From the NCBI GenBank assembly GCA_028821235.1, contig JAPPGV010000128.1:53401-117400 (forward strand): a DNA stretch of 64,000 nt, in the 5' to 3' direction. This DNA is from a bacterium. Lineage in GTDB: Bacteria; Actinomycetota; Acidimicrobiia; Spongiisociales; Spongiisociaceae. The position numbers and the translations under genes are program-made. The notes under the pieces were generated by a model, which searched no databases, was not told the DNA's origin, and saw only the letters and a list, made by a program, of their open reading frames with translations. Shown here in pieces: positions 9,096 to 18,281 of this stretch (position 1 is the first letter of the stretch; the number at the start of each line of letters is the position of its first letter).

Positions 9096-10696
9096 TGGCG
9101 GTACCGAACGGCGGGGACGCGGTGGTCAGGGCGCTGCGCGACAACGGCGTCGAGACCGTCTTCGGAATACCCGCCAGCTACACGGTCGAGATCTACGACG
9201 CCATCCTCCGGCAGGGCGGCATCAGGTCCATCGTGGCCCGCAACGAGCAGGCGGCCGCTTTCATGGCCGACGGGTACGCCCGGCGATCCGGCCGACCCGG
9301 AGTGGTGGTCGTGACCGGCGGTCCCGGGCTCGGGAACACGGTGACGGGGCTTCAGACCGCATACGCGGACTCCTCGCCGGTGGTCGTGATCGCCAGCGAC
9401 CACAACCCGTCCCAGCGGATGGCCCAGCCACTGGGACTGCCCCACGAGGCGTTCGACCAGGCTGCTCTGGCCGAGGCGACCGGAGCGGTTGTGGTGCGGG
9501 CGGACGACGGCGGATCCATCGCCGCGGCCGTCGACGAGACTCTGCAGGCCTGCCGGTCGGGACGACCCGGGCCCGGTGTGGTGCTCATAAGCCGCGCCGC
9601 TCTCGAGGCTCCGGCGAGCAACCCGGTTTCTCGTGAGGCGAAACCCCCGGCGTCGACGCCCGGGGTCCCCGACAAGCAACTCGATCAGGTCGTCCGGCTC
9701 CTGTCAGCCGCCACCAACCCGGTTCTCCTGGTGGGCGCCGGTGTGGTCCGGGCAGGGGCCCAGGCCGAACTGGCCGATCTGGCTCGCACGACGGGGCTGC
9801 CGGTCGTAACCACGGTCCCGGCCCGCCACACGGTGGATCCGGCGAGCGGTTGGGCGGGTGTGATGAACAACGACACAACCCGGGCGCTCCTGGAACACGC
9901 CGACCTGGTGATCGCCGTCGGAACCAGCTTCGGGATCGCATCCACCAAACACTGGACCCTGCGGATCGGCGGCTCGCTGGTCCATGTCGATATCGATCCG
10001 ACCAGTCTCGGGCAGCATTACCAAGCCGATCTGGCCATCGTGGCCGATGCCGCCTCTTTCCTTGCCTCGCTCACCGATTCGTTGAACCGCAAGGGGACCG
10101 CCTCGGGCCGCGTCCCGAGCGCGGACGCGGCCACCTCGTCGCATCCCTGGACCGATCCGATCGGCAGCGCTCTCCCCTCCCAGGGCGCCACCATATGCGG
10201 AGATGTCACGATGGCTCTCCGTTGGATCCCGGGCGACCCGTCGCTGGGACCCGAGCGCCGGCTGATGACCCCCTGGAACTTCATGACCCTCGGATGGGCC
10301 TACGCAGCCGCATTGGGCGTCCAGGCCGCCGCACCCGATGACACCGTGCTGGCGGTGATGGGCGACGGCGGGGCCCTGTTCACGCTCGGCGAACTGGCCA
10401 CGGCCGTCGAACACGACCTGCCGGTCTGCTTGCTCGTATACAACAACCGGTCCTACGGGATCATCGCCGAAGTCCAGGACCAACTCTGCGAGGGACGCCG
10501 GTTCGGGATCGATCTGGAGCAGCCCGACTTCGCGGCCGTGGCGCGGGCATTCGGGATGAGTTCATCGCGAGCCGACACCCCTGACGAGTTGGAGGCCGCT
10601 CTCAGGAAGCATCTCGGAACCGGCGAGCCGAGCCTCATCGAAGCGCGGCTGGGCATTGCCGACCTGGGCATCGATTCGGTCGAAGGCGGGCGGTGA
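9095..10696 (+). CDS. Thiamine-diphosphate-dependent enzyme (2-oxoacid decarboxylase/ALS-like)
   Basis: RNEQAAAFMADGYAR and GDGGALF...YNNRSYG. ATG 9095 overlaps the PTE2 stop (TGATG). Confidence 0.88.
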   Translation: MAVPNGGDAVVRALRDNGVETVFGIPASYTVEIYDAILRQGGIRSIVARNEQAAAFMADGYARRSGRPGVVVVTGGPGLGNTVTGLQTAYADSSPVVVIASDHNPSQRMAQPLGLPHEAFDQAALAEATGAVVVRADDGGSIAAAVDETLQACRSGRPGPGVVLISRAALEAPASNPVSREAKPPASTPGVPDKQLDQVVRLLSAATNPVLLVGAGVVRAGAQAELADLARTTGLPVVTTVPARHTVDPASGWAGVMNNDTTRALLEHADLVIAVGTSFGIASTKHWTLRIGGSLVHVDIDPTSLGQHYQADLAIVADAASFLASLTDSLNRKGTASGRVPSADAATSSHPWTDPIGSALPSQGATICGDVTMALRWIPGDPSLGPERRLMTPWNFMTLGWAYAAALGVQAAAPDDTVLAVMGDGGALFTLGELATAVEHDLPVCLLVYNNRSYGIIAEVQDQLCEGRRFGIDLEQPDFAAVARAFGMSSSRADTPDELEAALRKHLGTGEPSLIEARLGIADLGIDSVEGGR

Positions 10697-10748
10697 GTGA
10701 GGATACTGCGACAGCGATGATCGCAGCAGGCAAGTCCGGAGTGACACG

Positions 10749-12107
10749 ATGAACCACACAGGCAACCCATCCAGCACCCCCGAGCTTCCCAGGCTCATCA
10801 CGGAGGTGCCCGGCCCCAGGTCCAGGGCCATATTCGGGAGGGATCAGAGCCTGCTGGCGGCCGGCAACTCCGCCGGTTCGCTGTGGTCCCAACTGGCCGT
10901 CGTGGAAGGGCGCGGCGCCATGATCCGCGACGCCGACGGCAACTGGCTTCTAGACGCGTGCGCGGGCACCGTGGTCATGAACCTGGGCCACGGTCACCCG
11001 GCCGTGGCGGAGGCGCTGGCCGGACAGGCGCGGCTGCTGACCCACTTCTACGATTTCGCCACCGAAGTACGGGTCCGTTTCGTCGAACTGCTCAAGAGCA
11101 CGCTGCCGGAGCGCTTCGACGCTTTCCACCTCGCCAACTCGGGGAGCGAGGCCGTGGAGGCGGCTCTGAGGACGGTCCGCTCGGCTACCGGCCGCCACGA
11201 GGTCATCGCGTTCCACAACGGCTACCACGGACGGACGCTGGGCGCGCTGTCCCTGACATCTGGAGCCGGACGGGAGGGACTGGGACCGTTCCTGCCGGGT
11301 GTCGTGCATGCGGTGGCCCCCGATCCGATGGATACTCCTCACCAGACCGAAGCCGAGCGGGTCGAGGCATGCGCCCGACACCTCGACCGGGTGGCTTCGC
11401 AGGTACTGGCCGGCCCTCCGGCCGCGGTGATCATCGAGCCGATGCAGGGGGCCGGAGGCATGATCCCCGTTCCGGCCGGGTTCCTGGAGTCGGTCCGAGC
11501 GTTCTGCGACCGCACCGGGGCTCTTCTCATGTTCGACGAGATCCTGACCGGAGGCGGCCGTACCGGTCGACTATGGGCCTACCAGCACTCCGGCGTGGTG
11601 CCCGACATCCTCCTGCTCGGCAAGGGCATCGGCGGAGGCTTCCCGCTGGGGATCGTGGCAGGAGCCCGGCACGTGATGGACGCCGGCCCCGGAGCGCAGC
11701 CCACCCACAACAGCAGCACCTTCGGAGGCAACCCCCTGGCATGTGCCGCCGGTCTGGCCACGCTGAGCGCTCTGCTCGACGAGGCACTGGTCGACAACGC
11801 CGGCCACGTCGGTGATCACCTCATCAACGCCCTGCAGGAGAGCTTGGAACCCCGCCGCAACGTGGCGGACGTCCGCGGACTTGGCCTTGCCATCGGCATC
11901 GAGATGGTCACCGACCGGGCGACTCGCACCCCGGTATCCGGAGACCTCATCCGTGGCGCGTTACGCGGTCTCCTCCGCCGAGGGGTGGCGATATCCAGCA
12001 CCGGCCACGTGATGAGGATCACACCTCCCCTATGCCTGACGATCCCCCAGGCCGACTACATCTCAGATGCCGTCGGGAGCACACTGGCCGAACTCGAGCC
12101 GGACTGA
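10749..12107 (+). CDS. Class III PLP-dependent aminotransferase (GABA-AT/ArgD-like)
   Basis: NSGSEAVE, FHNGYHGRT, DEILTGGGR, PLP lysine in LLGKGIGGG, STFGGNP. Confidence 0.9.
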   Translation: MNHTGNPSSTPELPRLITEVPGPRSRAIFGRDQSLLAAGNSAGSLWSQLAVVEGRGAMIRDADGNWLLDACAGTVVMNLGHGHPAVAEALAGQARLLTHFYDFATEVRVRFVELLKSTLPERFDAFHLANSGSEAVEAALRTVRSATGRHEVIAFHNGYHGRTLGALSLTSGAGREGLGPFLPGVVHAVAPDPMDTPHQTEAERVEACARHLDRVASQVLAGPPAAVIIEPMQGAGGMIPVPAGFLESVRAFCDRTGALLMFDEILTGGGRTGRLWAYQHSGVVPDILLLGKGIGGGFPLGIVAGARHVMDAGPGAQPTHNSSTFGGNPLACAAGLATLSALLDEALVDNAGHVGDHLINALQESLEPRRNVADVRGLGLAIGIEMVTDRATRTPVSGDLIRGALRGLLRRGVAISSTGHVMRITPPLCLTIPQADYISDAVGSTLAELEPD

Positions 12108-12155
12108 GCCGATCCACCGATTCGCCCAGCCCGGCCTGGACCGCCTCTCGTAGGG

Positions 12156-12926
12156 TCAGACCGCCGAGTACCCGCCGTCGACCACCAGGTCGGAGCCGGT
12201 GACATAGGATCTGTCGTCCGAAGCCAGGAACAGGACAGCCTGGGCGATCTCGTCCGGTTCCGCCCAGCGTTGCATGGGTATGTGGGGGAGGAACAGGGAG
12301 CGGCGTTCCGGATCCTCCCACGACGGGCGACCCATCTCGGTCATCGTGAATCCTGGCACCACCGTGTTGACCCGGATCCCGTACCTGGCGTACTGGGCGG
12401 CGGCGGTCCTGGTAAGTAGGCGGACGGCCGCCTTCGAAGCCGCGTACGCGGGGGCTTGGGCTTCCGACAGGTCGGGGTAGATGGCGCCAAGCAGACCCAT
12501 GACGGACGACACGTTGACGATCGACCCGCCGCGCTGCTCCTTCATAACCGGAAGGACGGCGCGGATACCCAGGAAGGTCCCGGTCAGGTTGACATCGTTG
12601 ACCCGGTTCCACTCCTCGAGGGGTGTGTCCTCGAACGAGGACCTGTAGCCCGTCCCGGCGTTGTTGACCAGCACGTCCAGACGGCCGTAGCGGTCGACCG
12701 TCTCCTCCACGGCCCCCCTCCAACTCTCCTCCCGGGTCACGTCGAGTGCGATGAATGATGCGGTACCCCCATTCTGCGAGATGGCGGTCGCCACCTTCTC
12801 CCCCATCTCCGCCGCGATGTCCCCGACTACAACCGCGGCCCCTTCCTCGGCGAACAGGGCGGCCTCGGTGGCGCCCATGCCCCGGGCTGCGCCGGACACC
12901 AGCGCTACCTTGCCTTCGAGTCTCAC
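12156..12926 (-). CDS. Short-chain dehydrogenase/reductase (SDR)
   Basis: SGAARGMG, NNAG, YAASK. GTG 12926 follows an AGGAG SD. Confidence 0.9.
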   Translation of the reverse strand: MRLEGKVALVSGAARGMGATEAALFAEEGAAVVVGDIAAEMGEKVATAISQNGGTASFIALDVTREESWRGAVEETVDRYGRLDVLVNNAGTGYRSSFEDTPLEEWNRVNDVNLTGTFLGIRAVLPVMKEQRGGSIVNVSSVMGLLGAIYPDLSEAQAPAYAASKAAVRLLTRTAAAQYARYGIRVNTVVPGFTMTEMGRPSWEDPERRSLFLPHIPMQRWAEPDEIAQAVLFLASDDRSYVTGSDLVVDGGYSAV

Positions 12927-13008
12927 CTGTTCTCCTCGCCTCCGGTCCCGGACCGCGGCTACCCACTCCGGTTCGCCACCCTGGCCCTTCGAGGCTAGAA
13001 ACCTCAGT

Positions 13009-13605
13009 GTGAAGACCAAGGCCCTCTGTGCTCTAGCCGTCGTGGTTGCCTGCTTGGTCGGGGGGTGCCGCGCCTCGTCTTCGTCCACCACCGCCGTGAC
13101 CACGGACACGTTCGCGACGACCACCGTAGCGACCACAGCCCCCATCCCGTCAGCCACCACGGCCACCACCTCCAGGGCGACCAGCACCCGGACCCCTGCC
13201 GCGCCGGTGGTGAACGAAGCCTCGGAGGAGTGCGACAGCTTCACCACCGCACTCGACCGGCTTGTCTTCGTCCGGCTGCAGCCCGTCGTCGAGGAGGCCA
13301 CCGACCTTCTCCACTCGGCCCCGGAGGGCGTGGACCCCACCGCGGTGGCGACCGGTCTGACCGAAGCGAGCCGCCAACTCCTCCGACTGGTCGACGAACT
13401 CGATCTGATGGGGGTTCCACCAAGAGAGATCGTGGATCTGCTGCTCTCCATCAGGGACGGCATCCTGCGCTACGCCACCGGCTTCGACGAGGGAGCTCGA
13501 GGGTGGACATCGGGCGACTCGGAGTTGATCGCGGAGGCGAAGGCCGGCGTCCTCGAAGCGTCGGCGGTCCTGACCGAATTCTTCGGATGGCAACTGTGCC
13601 CTTGA
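13009..13605 (+). CDS. Hypothetical lipoprotein with Thr-rich linker and helical domain
   Basis: GTG-KTKALCALAVVVACLVGGC lipobox-like signal followed by SSSTTAVTT... Confidence 0.6.
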   Translation: MKTKALCALAVVVACLVGGCRASSSSTTAVTTDTFATTTVATTAPIPSATTATTSRATSTRTPAAPVVNEASEECDSFTTALDRLVFVRLQPVVEEATDLLHSAPEGVDPTAVATGLTEASRQLLRLVDELDLMGVPPREIVDLLLSIRDGILRYATGFDEGARGWTSGDSELIAEAKAGVLEASAVLTEFFGWQLCP

Positions 13606-13694
13606 GCGGGTAGTCCGGGGGCAACACAGCCCATCCGGCGCCCGGTTCGGGTAGGGTCGCACCAGCGACGGGACCCACCTACCAGGGAGACGAC

Positions 13695-14618
13695 ATGGCG
13701 CTGCAGGTAATGACCGTGCGAGGGCCGGTCTCGCCCGACGACCTGGGCCACACCCAGATGCACGACCACCTCTTCGCCGACCTCTCGTGGGCGCGCCACC
13801 GCTGGGTGGCGATGCCGATGACCGACGAGCTCCAGATGACGGAAGAAGTCGGTTTCTACAAGGACGCGGGCGGGGGCACCCTCGTGGACCCCATCCTGGA
13901 ACATATCGGCCGCAAACCGGAGGCGACGCGTCGCGTTTCGGAGAACACCGGTGTGCATATCGTGATGGGCACCGGCTTCTACCGGGAGCCCTACTACCCC
14001 GAGTTCGTCAACAAGTGGACGACCCGCCGCCTCACCGAGTACATCGTCGAAGAGATCGAGAACGGTTGCGCCGACACGGGTATACGCCCGGGCATAATCG
14101 GCGAGATCGGCATCGACAAGCGCTGGGTGCAAGGTGTCGAGGAACGGGTGATCCGGGCCGCGGCGCGGGCTCACCACGCCACCGGGCTGGCGATCACCAC
14201 CCACACTCCCCCGCACACCGCGCTCCTCTTCCACGAGATCCTCCAGGAAGAGGAGGTTCCGCCCGACCGTGTCATCTTCGGCCACCTCGACAACACGCTG
14301 GAGATGGACGAGTTGGAGCGCGTCGCCCAGACCGGCGCCTACCTGCAGTTCGACTTGATCGGCATCGAGTGGATCAACGCCGACCACCGCAGGGCCAAGT
14401 TCCTAGCCGAACTGGTCCGGCGCGGCCACGGGGACCGCCTGCTGGTGGCCCAGGACATGCCAGCCCGGCCGCGCCTCATCACCAACGGCGGTCACGGCTA
14501 CCGGCACCTGATCGACAGCTTCCTGCCGATGCTGCGCGACGAGGCAATGGACGAGAACACCATCCACCACATCACCCACACCAACCCGGCCCGCGTCCTC
14601 GCGGTGGAAACGGACTGA
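13695..14618 (+). CDS. Phosphotriesterase-family (PHP-like) amidohydrolase, copy 3
   Basis: MHDH, IIGEIG, TTHT, FGHLD, AQD; SD AGGGAG. Confidence 0.88.
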   Translation: MALQVMTVRGPVSPDDLGHTQMHDHLFADLSWARHRWVAMPMTDELQMTEEVGFYKDAGGGTLVDPILEHIGRKPEATRRVSENTGVHIVMGTGFYREPYYPEFVNKWTTRRLTEYIVEEIENGCADTGIRPGIIGEIGIDKRWVQGVEERVIRAAARAHHATGLAITTHTPPHTALLFHEILQEEEVPPDRVIFGHLDNTLEMDELERVAQTGAYLQFDLIGIEWINADHRRAKFLAELVRRGHGDRLLVAQDMPARPRLITNGGHGYRHLIDSFLPMLRDEAMDENTIHHITHTNPARVLAVETD

Positions 14619-14667
14619 GAGGGCTACCTACTCCGGTCGATACACTAGTATCGAAGATGTATTAGAG

Positions 14668-14695
14668 TTGTCGATGTCGGACAGCACCGTATAAT
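14668..14695 (+). promoter_or_regulatory. Sigma70-type promoter TTGTCG-N16-TATAAT
   Basis: Perfect -10, followed by GGAGAGG and ATG 14720. Confidence 0.55.
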
Positions 14696-14719
14696 TCGGG
14701 AGGAGAGGGAGCAGAACCG

Positions 14720-14884
14720 ATGGACTGGACCGAGTTCAGCAACGTCTTCGGAACGGTTGGGCCGACCGTCGTCGCCCTGGCAGTCGTGGTTCTCAACCGG
14801 CGAGACAGGCTCGCGGACAAAGTGAACGAACTCTCTGAACGGGTCGCCCGAATCGAGGGGATCCTGCTCAAAGAAAACGCATGA
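14720..14884 (+). CDS. 54-aa small protein: one hydrophobic segment plus short coiled coil
   Basis: MDWTEFSNVFGTVGPTVVALAVVVLNRRDRLADKVNELSERVARIEGILLKENA; has its own promoter and SD; below the ORF-track length cutoff. Confidence 0.6.
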   Translation: MDWTEFSNVFGTVGPTVVALAVVVLNRRDRLADKVNELSERVARIEGILLKENA

Positions 14885-14918
14885 CGAGTGCCAAGTACAC
14901 GGTTCTCTGCGGATCCTG

Positions 14919-15443
14919 CTAGTCGGGTACGGAACAGACGCCGAACGCGCCCATCGTGTAACCCAAGAGGGTGTAGTAACCCACCAGGACACAGAGTTCC
15001 GCTACCCCGCCGCTGCCGAGTTCGGATTCGACCCGGCTGAAGGTCAAATCCGAGAGGGAAGAGGACTCGCACAGTTCACGGACAGCACCAAAGATGGCTG
15101 CCTCACGCTCGGACAGGTCTGTCGGCGTTCCGTCCAGGTGGGCGAGCGCCTCGGGACGTACGCCTTCCCGACTGGCTATGCCCACATGCGTGTCCCAGAC
15201 GTACTGGCAACCGTGAGCACTGCCGGTCGCCAGGATTGCCAGTTCCCGGTCTGCGCCGGAAAGTCCCGATTCGAACCGGACCACGTGGCCCAGCCGGGCG
15301 AGGTGCTCGGCTGGGCGGGGAGCGTGCAGGAGCACTTGGAAGGGTCTGACGAGGGTGCCCCGGCTTTCGATGATCCAGTCGTAGAGTTCAGCCTGTTCCG
15401 GGGCGAGCCCGTCCTTGCCGTCGATCAGGTCTATCCGCGCCAT
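14919..15443 (-). CDS. Carboxymuconolactone decarboxylase (CMD/AhpD-like) family protein
   Basis: RPFQVLLHAP...RELAILATG...YVWDTH...ELCVLVGYY; ATG 15443 follows a GGAG SD. Confidence 0.8.
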   Translation of the reverse strand: MARIDLIDGKDGLAPEQAELYDWIIESRGTLVRPFQVLLHAPRPAEHLARLGHVVRFESGLSGADRELAILATGSAHGCQYVWDTHVGIASREGVRPEALAHLDGTPTDLSEREAAIFGAVRELCESSSLSDLTFSRVESELGSGGVAELCVLVGYYTLLGYTMGAFGVCSVPD

Positions 15444-15568
15444 AGTCTCCTCGCCTCCCCCGCCACGGCTTGTCCGGTCCGGGGCACCCGACCGTAGCGC
15501 GTCGGGATGGCCGTTCGGCCCCCGGGAGGATGGCACGGTAGAATCGCCGCCGATGACCAGACCCGGCT

Positions 15569-16399
15569 TTGTCCATGGCTGCTGAGCCCGACCGGATCCG
15601 CATCCTCCACGACGACGAGAACTGCCCGGATCTCCCCATCGTCGAGCGGGGCGGGAGAGCCTGGGCAGTGGTCTGGCCCGATCTGGGCGCGCACCTTCGT
15701 TCGATCCACCACATCTCGCTCCGACCGCACGGACGGACGACCGTGCTCGAGCATCCGATGGAGGCCGTCTACTACCTGATGGACGGGAGCGGGGCGGCGG
15801 TCGACACCGCTCTCGGGAGCCGCAACGACCTGACGCTCGGCGCGATGGCTCACATAGGCCCGGGCACGCCGTACGTGCTGGAGGCGGGACCCGAGGGAGC
15901 CGAGATTGTGGGAGGCCCCTGTCCCGCCGACTTCCGCATGTACGCCCACCTTGGTGTGGAGGAGTTCCCTATCCCCGAGCCGAGCGTCATCAGGAAACCG
16001 GCAGCAGGAGTCCGCTCGTTCCACCGCGACCAGCCGACCGCCATGGTTCCGATGATCGCCAGGGACGCACGCCTCATCGTGTGGGCCGGCGTCGAGGCGT
16101 ACACCGCCAACATGAACTACGTGGACATGCAGCCGGGCGAACGCAACGTCGAGCACGTCCATGTCGAGTCGGAGGACACCATCTACATCCTCGACGGCAA
16201 GGGAAGCATCGACGACCTCACCAACGACCTACGTCTCGAGTTCGAGGCAGGGGACGTGGTGCACGTGCCGGTCGGTGTGTGGCACGCGGTTTCTGGGGAC
16301 AGGAACGACCACATCGAGAGCGTCGGAGGGCCGTGCCCGGCTGATTGGAACATGCTGCGCGTCGCGGGCCTGATGGCCGACGAACCGAACAAGGAGTAG
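15569..16399 (+). CDS. Bicupin protein
   Basis: Two cupin repeats, each ending GGPCPAD. The C-terminal repeat has HVH..E...H metal ligands. Confidence 0.8.
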   Translation: MSMAAEPDRIRILHDDENCPDLPIVERGGRAWAVVWPDLGAHLRSIHHISLRPHGRTTVLEHPMEAVYYLMDGSGAAVDTALGSRNDLTLGAMAHIGPGTPYVLEAGPEGAEIVGGPCPADFRMYAHLGVEEFPIPEPSVIRKPAAGVRSFHRDQPTAMVPMIARDARLIVWAGVEAYTANMNYVDMQPGERNVEHVHVESEDTIYILDGKGSIDDLTNDLRLEFEAGDVVHVPVGVWHAVSGDRNDHIESVGGPCPADWNMLRVAGLMADEPNKE

Positions 16400-16404
16400 T
16401 AACC

Positions 16405-17259
16405 ATGGCCAACACCGTTTCCATAGGTCTCGTGCAGATCGGCGGCGAGCCCTTCCAGGTGGAGGAGAACCGCGAACTCTGTTACCGCTCGGCCGACACC
16501 GCCTTCGAACAGGGCGCCGACATCGTCATCCTGCCCGAGATGATCATCCACGGTTACACGGCGGACTGGCGCGCGCTCTCGGAGGTTGCGGAACCCGTGG
16601 ACGGCCCCACCGTCAAGCAGTGGGTTTCCCTGGCGGCCGACGCCAACGGCTACGTGGTGGGCGGGTTCTGCGAGCGGGACGGCGAGGCGCTCTACAACAC
16701 GGCCGTGGCGGTCGGACCGGACGGGATCATCCTGCACTACCGCAAGACGCATCTCTTCGCGGAGGAGAAGGTGGTGTTCCGCGACGGCGACCTCGGGTTC
16801 CCGGTGGCGCACACCAGGTTCGGGACCATCGGACTGTGTGTCTGCTACGACCTGCGGTTCATCGAGGTGGTCAGGTTGCTGGCCCTGAAGGGCGCCGACC
16901 TGATCTGCGTGCCCACCGCATGGCTGCCCGGGTTCGACCAGGAGCGCTGGGACAAGGACGGGATGTGCCCCCAGGGACGGGGAGCGGTCCTGCAGGCCAA
17001 CCTCAACCAGGTGTTCATCGCCTGCGCATCGCAGGCGGGCCGGCACGGGGAACTCGACTTCCTCGGGTCGTCGATCCTGGTGGATCCGTACGGCAAGCTG
17101 CTGTCCGGACCATTGCCCGGGTCCACCGACAAGATCACCGTTACGGAAGTAGACATCGGTGCCGCCAAGCGAGCCCAGGTCCGGGGCGAGTTGATCGCCC
17201 CGCGGGCCGACCGCCGCACGGATCTCTACGGTATCTGGGAGAACGGGCAGCGGTACTGA
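16405..17259 (+). CDS. Nitrilase-superfamily carbon-nitrogen hydrolase
   Basis: Catalytic triad E (LPEM), K (YRKTHL), C (VCYD); AAGGAG SD. Confidence 0.9.
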   Translation: MANTVSIGLVQIGGEPFQVEENRELCYRSADTAFEQGADIVILPEMIIHGYTADWRALSEVAEPVDGPTVKQWVSLAADANGYVVGGFCERDGEALYNTAVAVGPDGIILHYRKTHLFAEEKVVFRDGDLGFPVAHTRFGTIGLCVCYDLRFIEVVRLLALKGADLICVPTAWLPGFDQERWDKDGMCPQGRGAVLQANLNQVFIACASQAGRHGELDFLGSSILVDPYGKLLSGPLPGSTDKITVTEVDIGAAKRAQVRGELIAPRADRRTDLYGIWENGQRY

Positions 17260-17326
17260 GCCGGTCTGACAGCCCGGACCCAGCCCTCTACCATCCCCTC
17301 GTCCATCAGCATCGGAGGCACCCCGG

Positions 17327-18157
17327 ATGAAGCTCGTCGACCTTTCCCACCCGATCAACCTACACACGCCCGGCTGGGTCGGATATCCCGGATCCAAGAT
17401 GTACTACACCCAGACATTGCAGACCAACCGGGTGGTGTCACAGCGCTTCGAGACCTCGCTGCATGTCGGAACCCACCTCGACGGCCCCATGCACATGGCG
17501 GACGGAGCCGGCGACATGGCCTCCCTCCCGTTGGACAAGCTGGTGCACGAGGGTGTGATCGTCGACGTGTCCGACGAGGTCAGCGACTGGAGCATCATCA
17601 CCCCCGAGCACATCACCTCCAAGGTCGAGGTCAAGAAGGGTGACATCCTCATCATCCACACCGGTTACCACCGCTACTACGAAGGCCAGCCGGAGCAGGA
17701 TCTGACCCGCTACTTCTGCATGCATCCGGGGGGCACGCAGGAACTGGCCTACTGGATGCTCGACATGGAGATCCGGTGGTGGGGCGTCGACGCGGGATCC
17801 GGCGACCATCCCATGAACACCAGCATCCGTCACATGCGACCCGATCTCACCAAGCGTTTCGAGGAGCAGGTGGGCATGTCCGCCCTGGAGTACTTCGGCG
17901 AGTACACCTACACCCACCATAAGAGCGGGCGGGTGATCACCGAAGACCTGTTCCCCCTGCACTACCTGGCGTTTCCCGATGGGTGCATCCACGCCGAGAA
18001 CGTCGGGGGAGACATCGAGAAGGTACTCAACCAGCGCTGCATCATCGGCGCCTTCCCGTGGAAGTTCGAGGGCGGCGAGGCGTGCCCGTGCCGGATCATC
18101 GCCTTCTTCGACGTTGGCGACGACCTGTCCGTCGAGGAGATCGCGGAAGCCCTGTAG
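17327..18157 (+). CDS. Cyclase family metal hydrolase (kynurenine formamidase/KynB-like)
   Basis: HVGTHLDGPMH matches HxGTHxDxPxH; C-terminal HAEN and GGEACPCR. Confidence 0.88.
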   Translation: MKLVDLSHPINLHTPGWVGYPGSKMYYTQTLQTNRVVSQRFETSLHVGTHLDGPMHMADGAGDMASLPLDKLVHEGVIVDVSDEVSDWSIITPEHITSKVEVKKGDILIIHTGYHRYYEGQPEQDLTRYFCMHPGGTQELAYWMLDMEIRWWGVDAGSGDHPMNTSIRHMRPDLTKRFEEQVGMSALEYFGEYTYTHHKSGRVITEDLFPLHYLAFPDGCIHAENVGGDIEKVLNQRCIIGAFPWKFEGGEACPCRIIAFFDVGDDLSVEEIAEAL

Positions 18158-18281
18158 TGTCCTGAGTCCTTGCTTTCCTTGACCTAACGCGGTCGTGGGT
18201 CGCCCAACGAGGGCTGGATCTGTCACAGGCCCGCCGCATACTGGAACGTAGCTGCAGAGCGCCACGAGGCGTTTTCTAACC

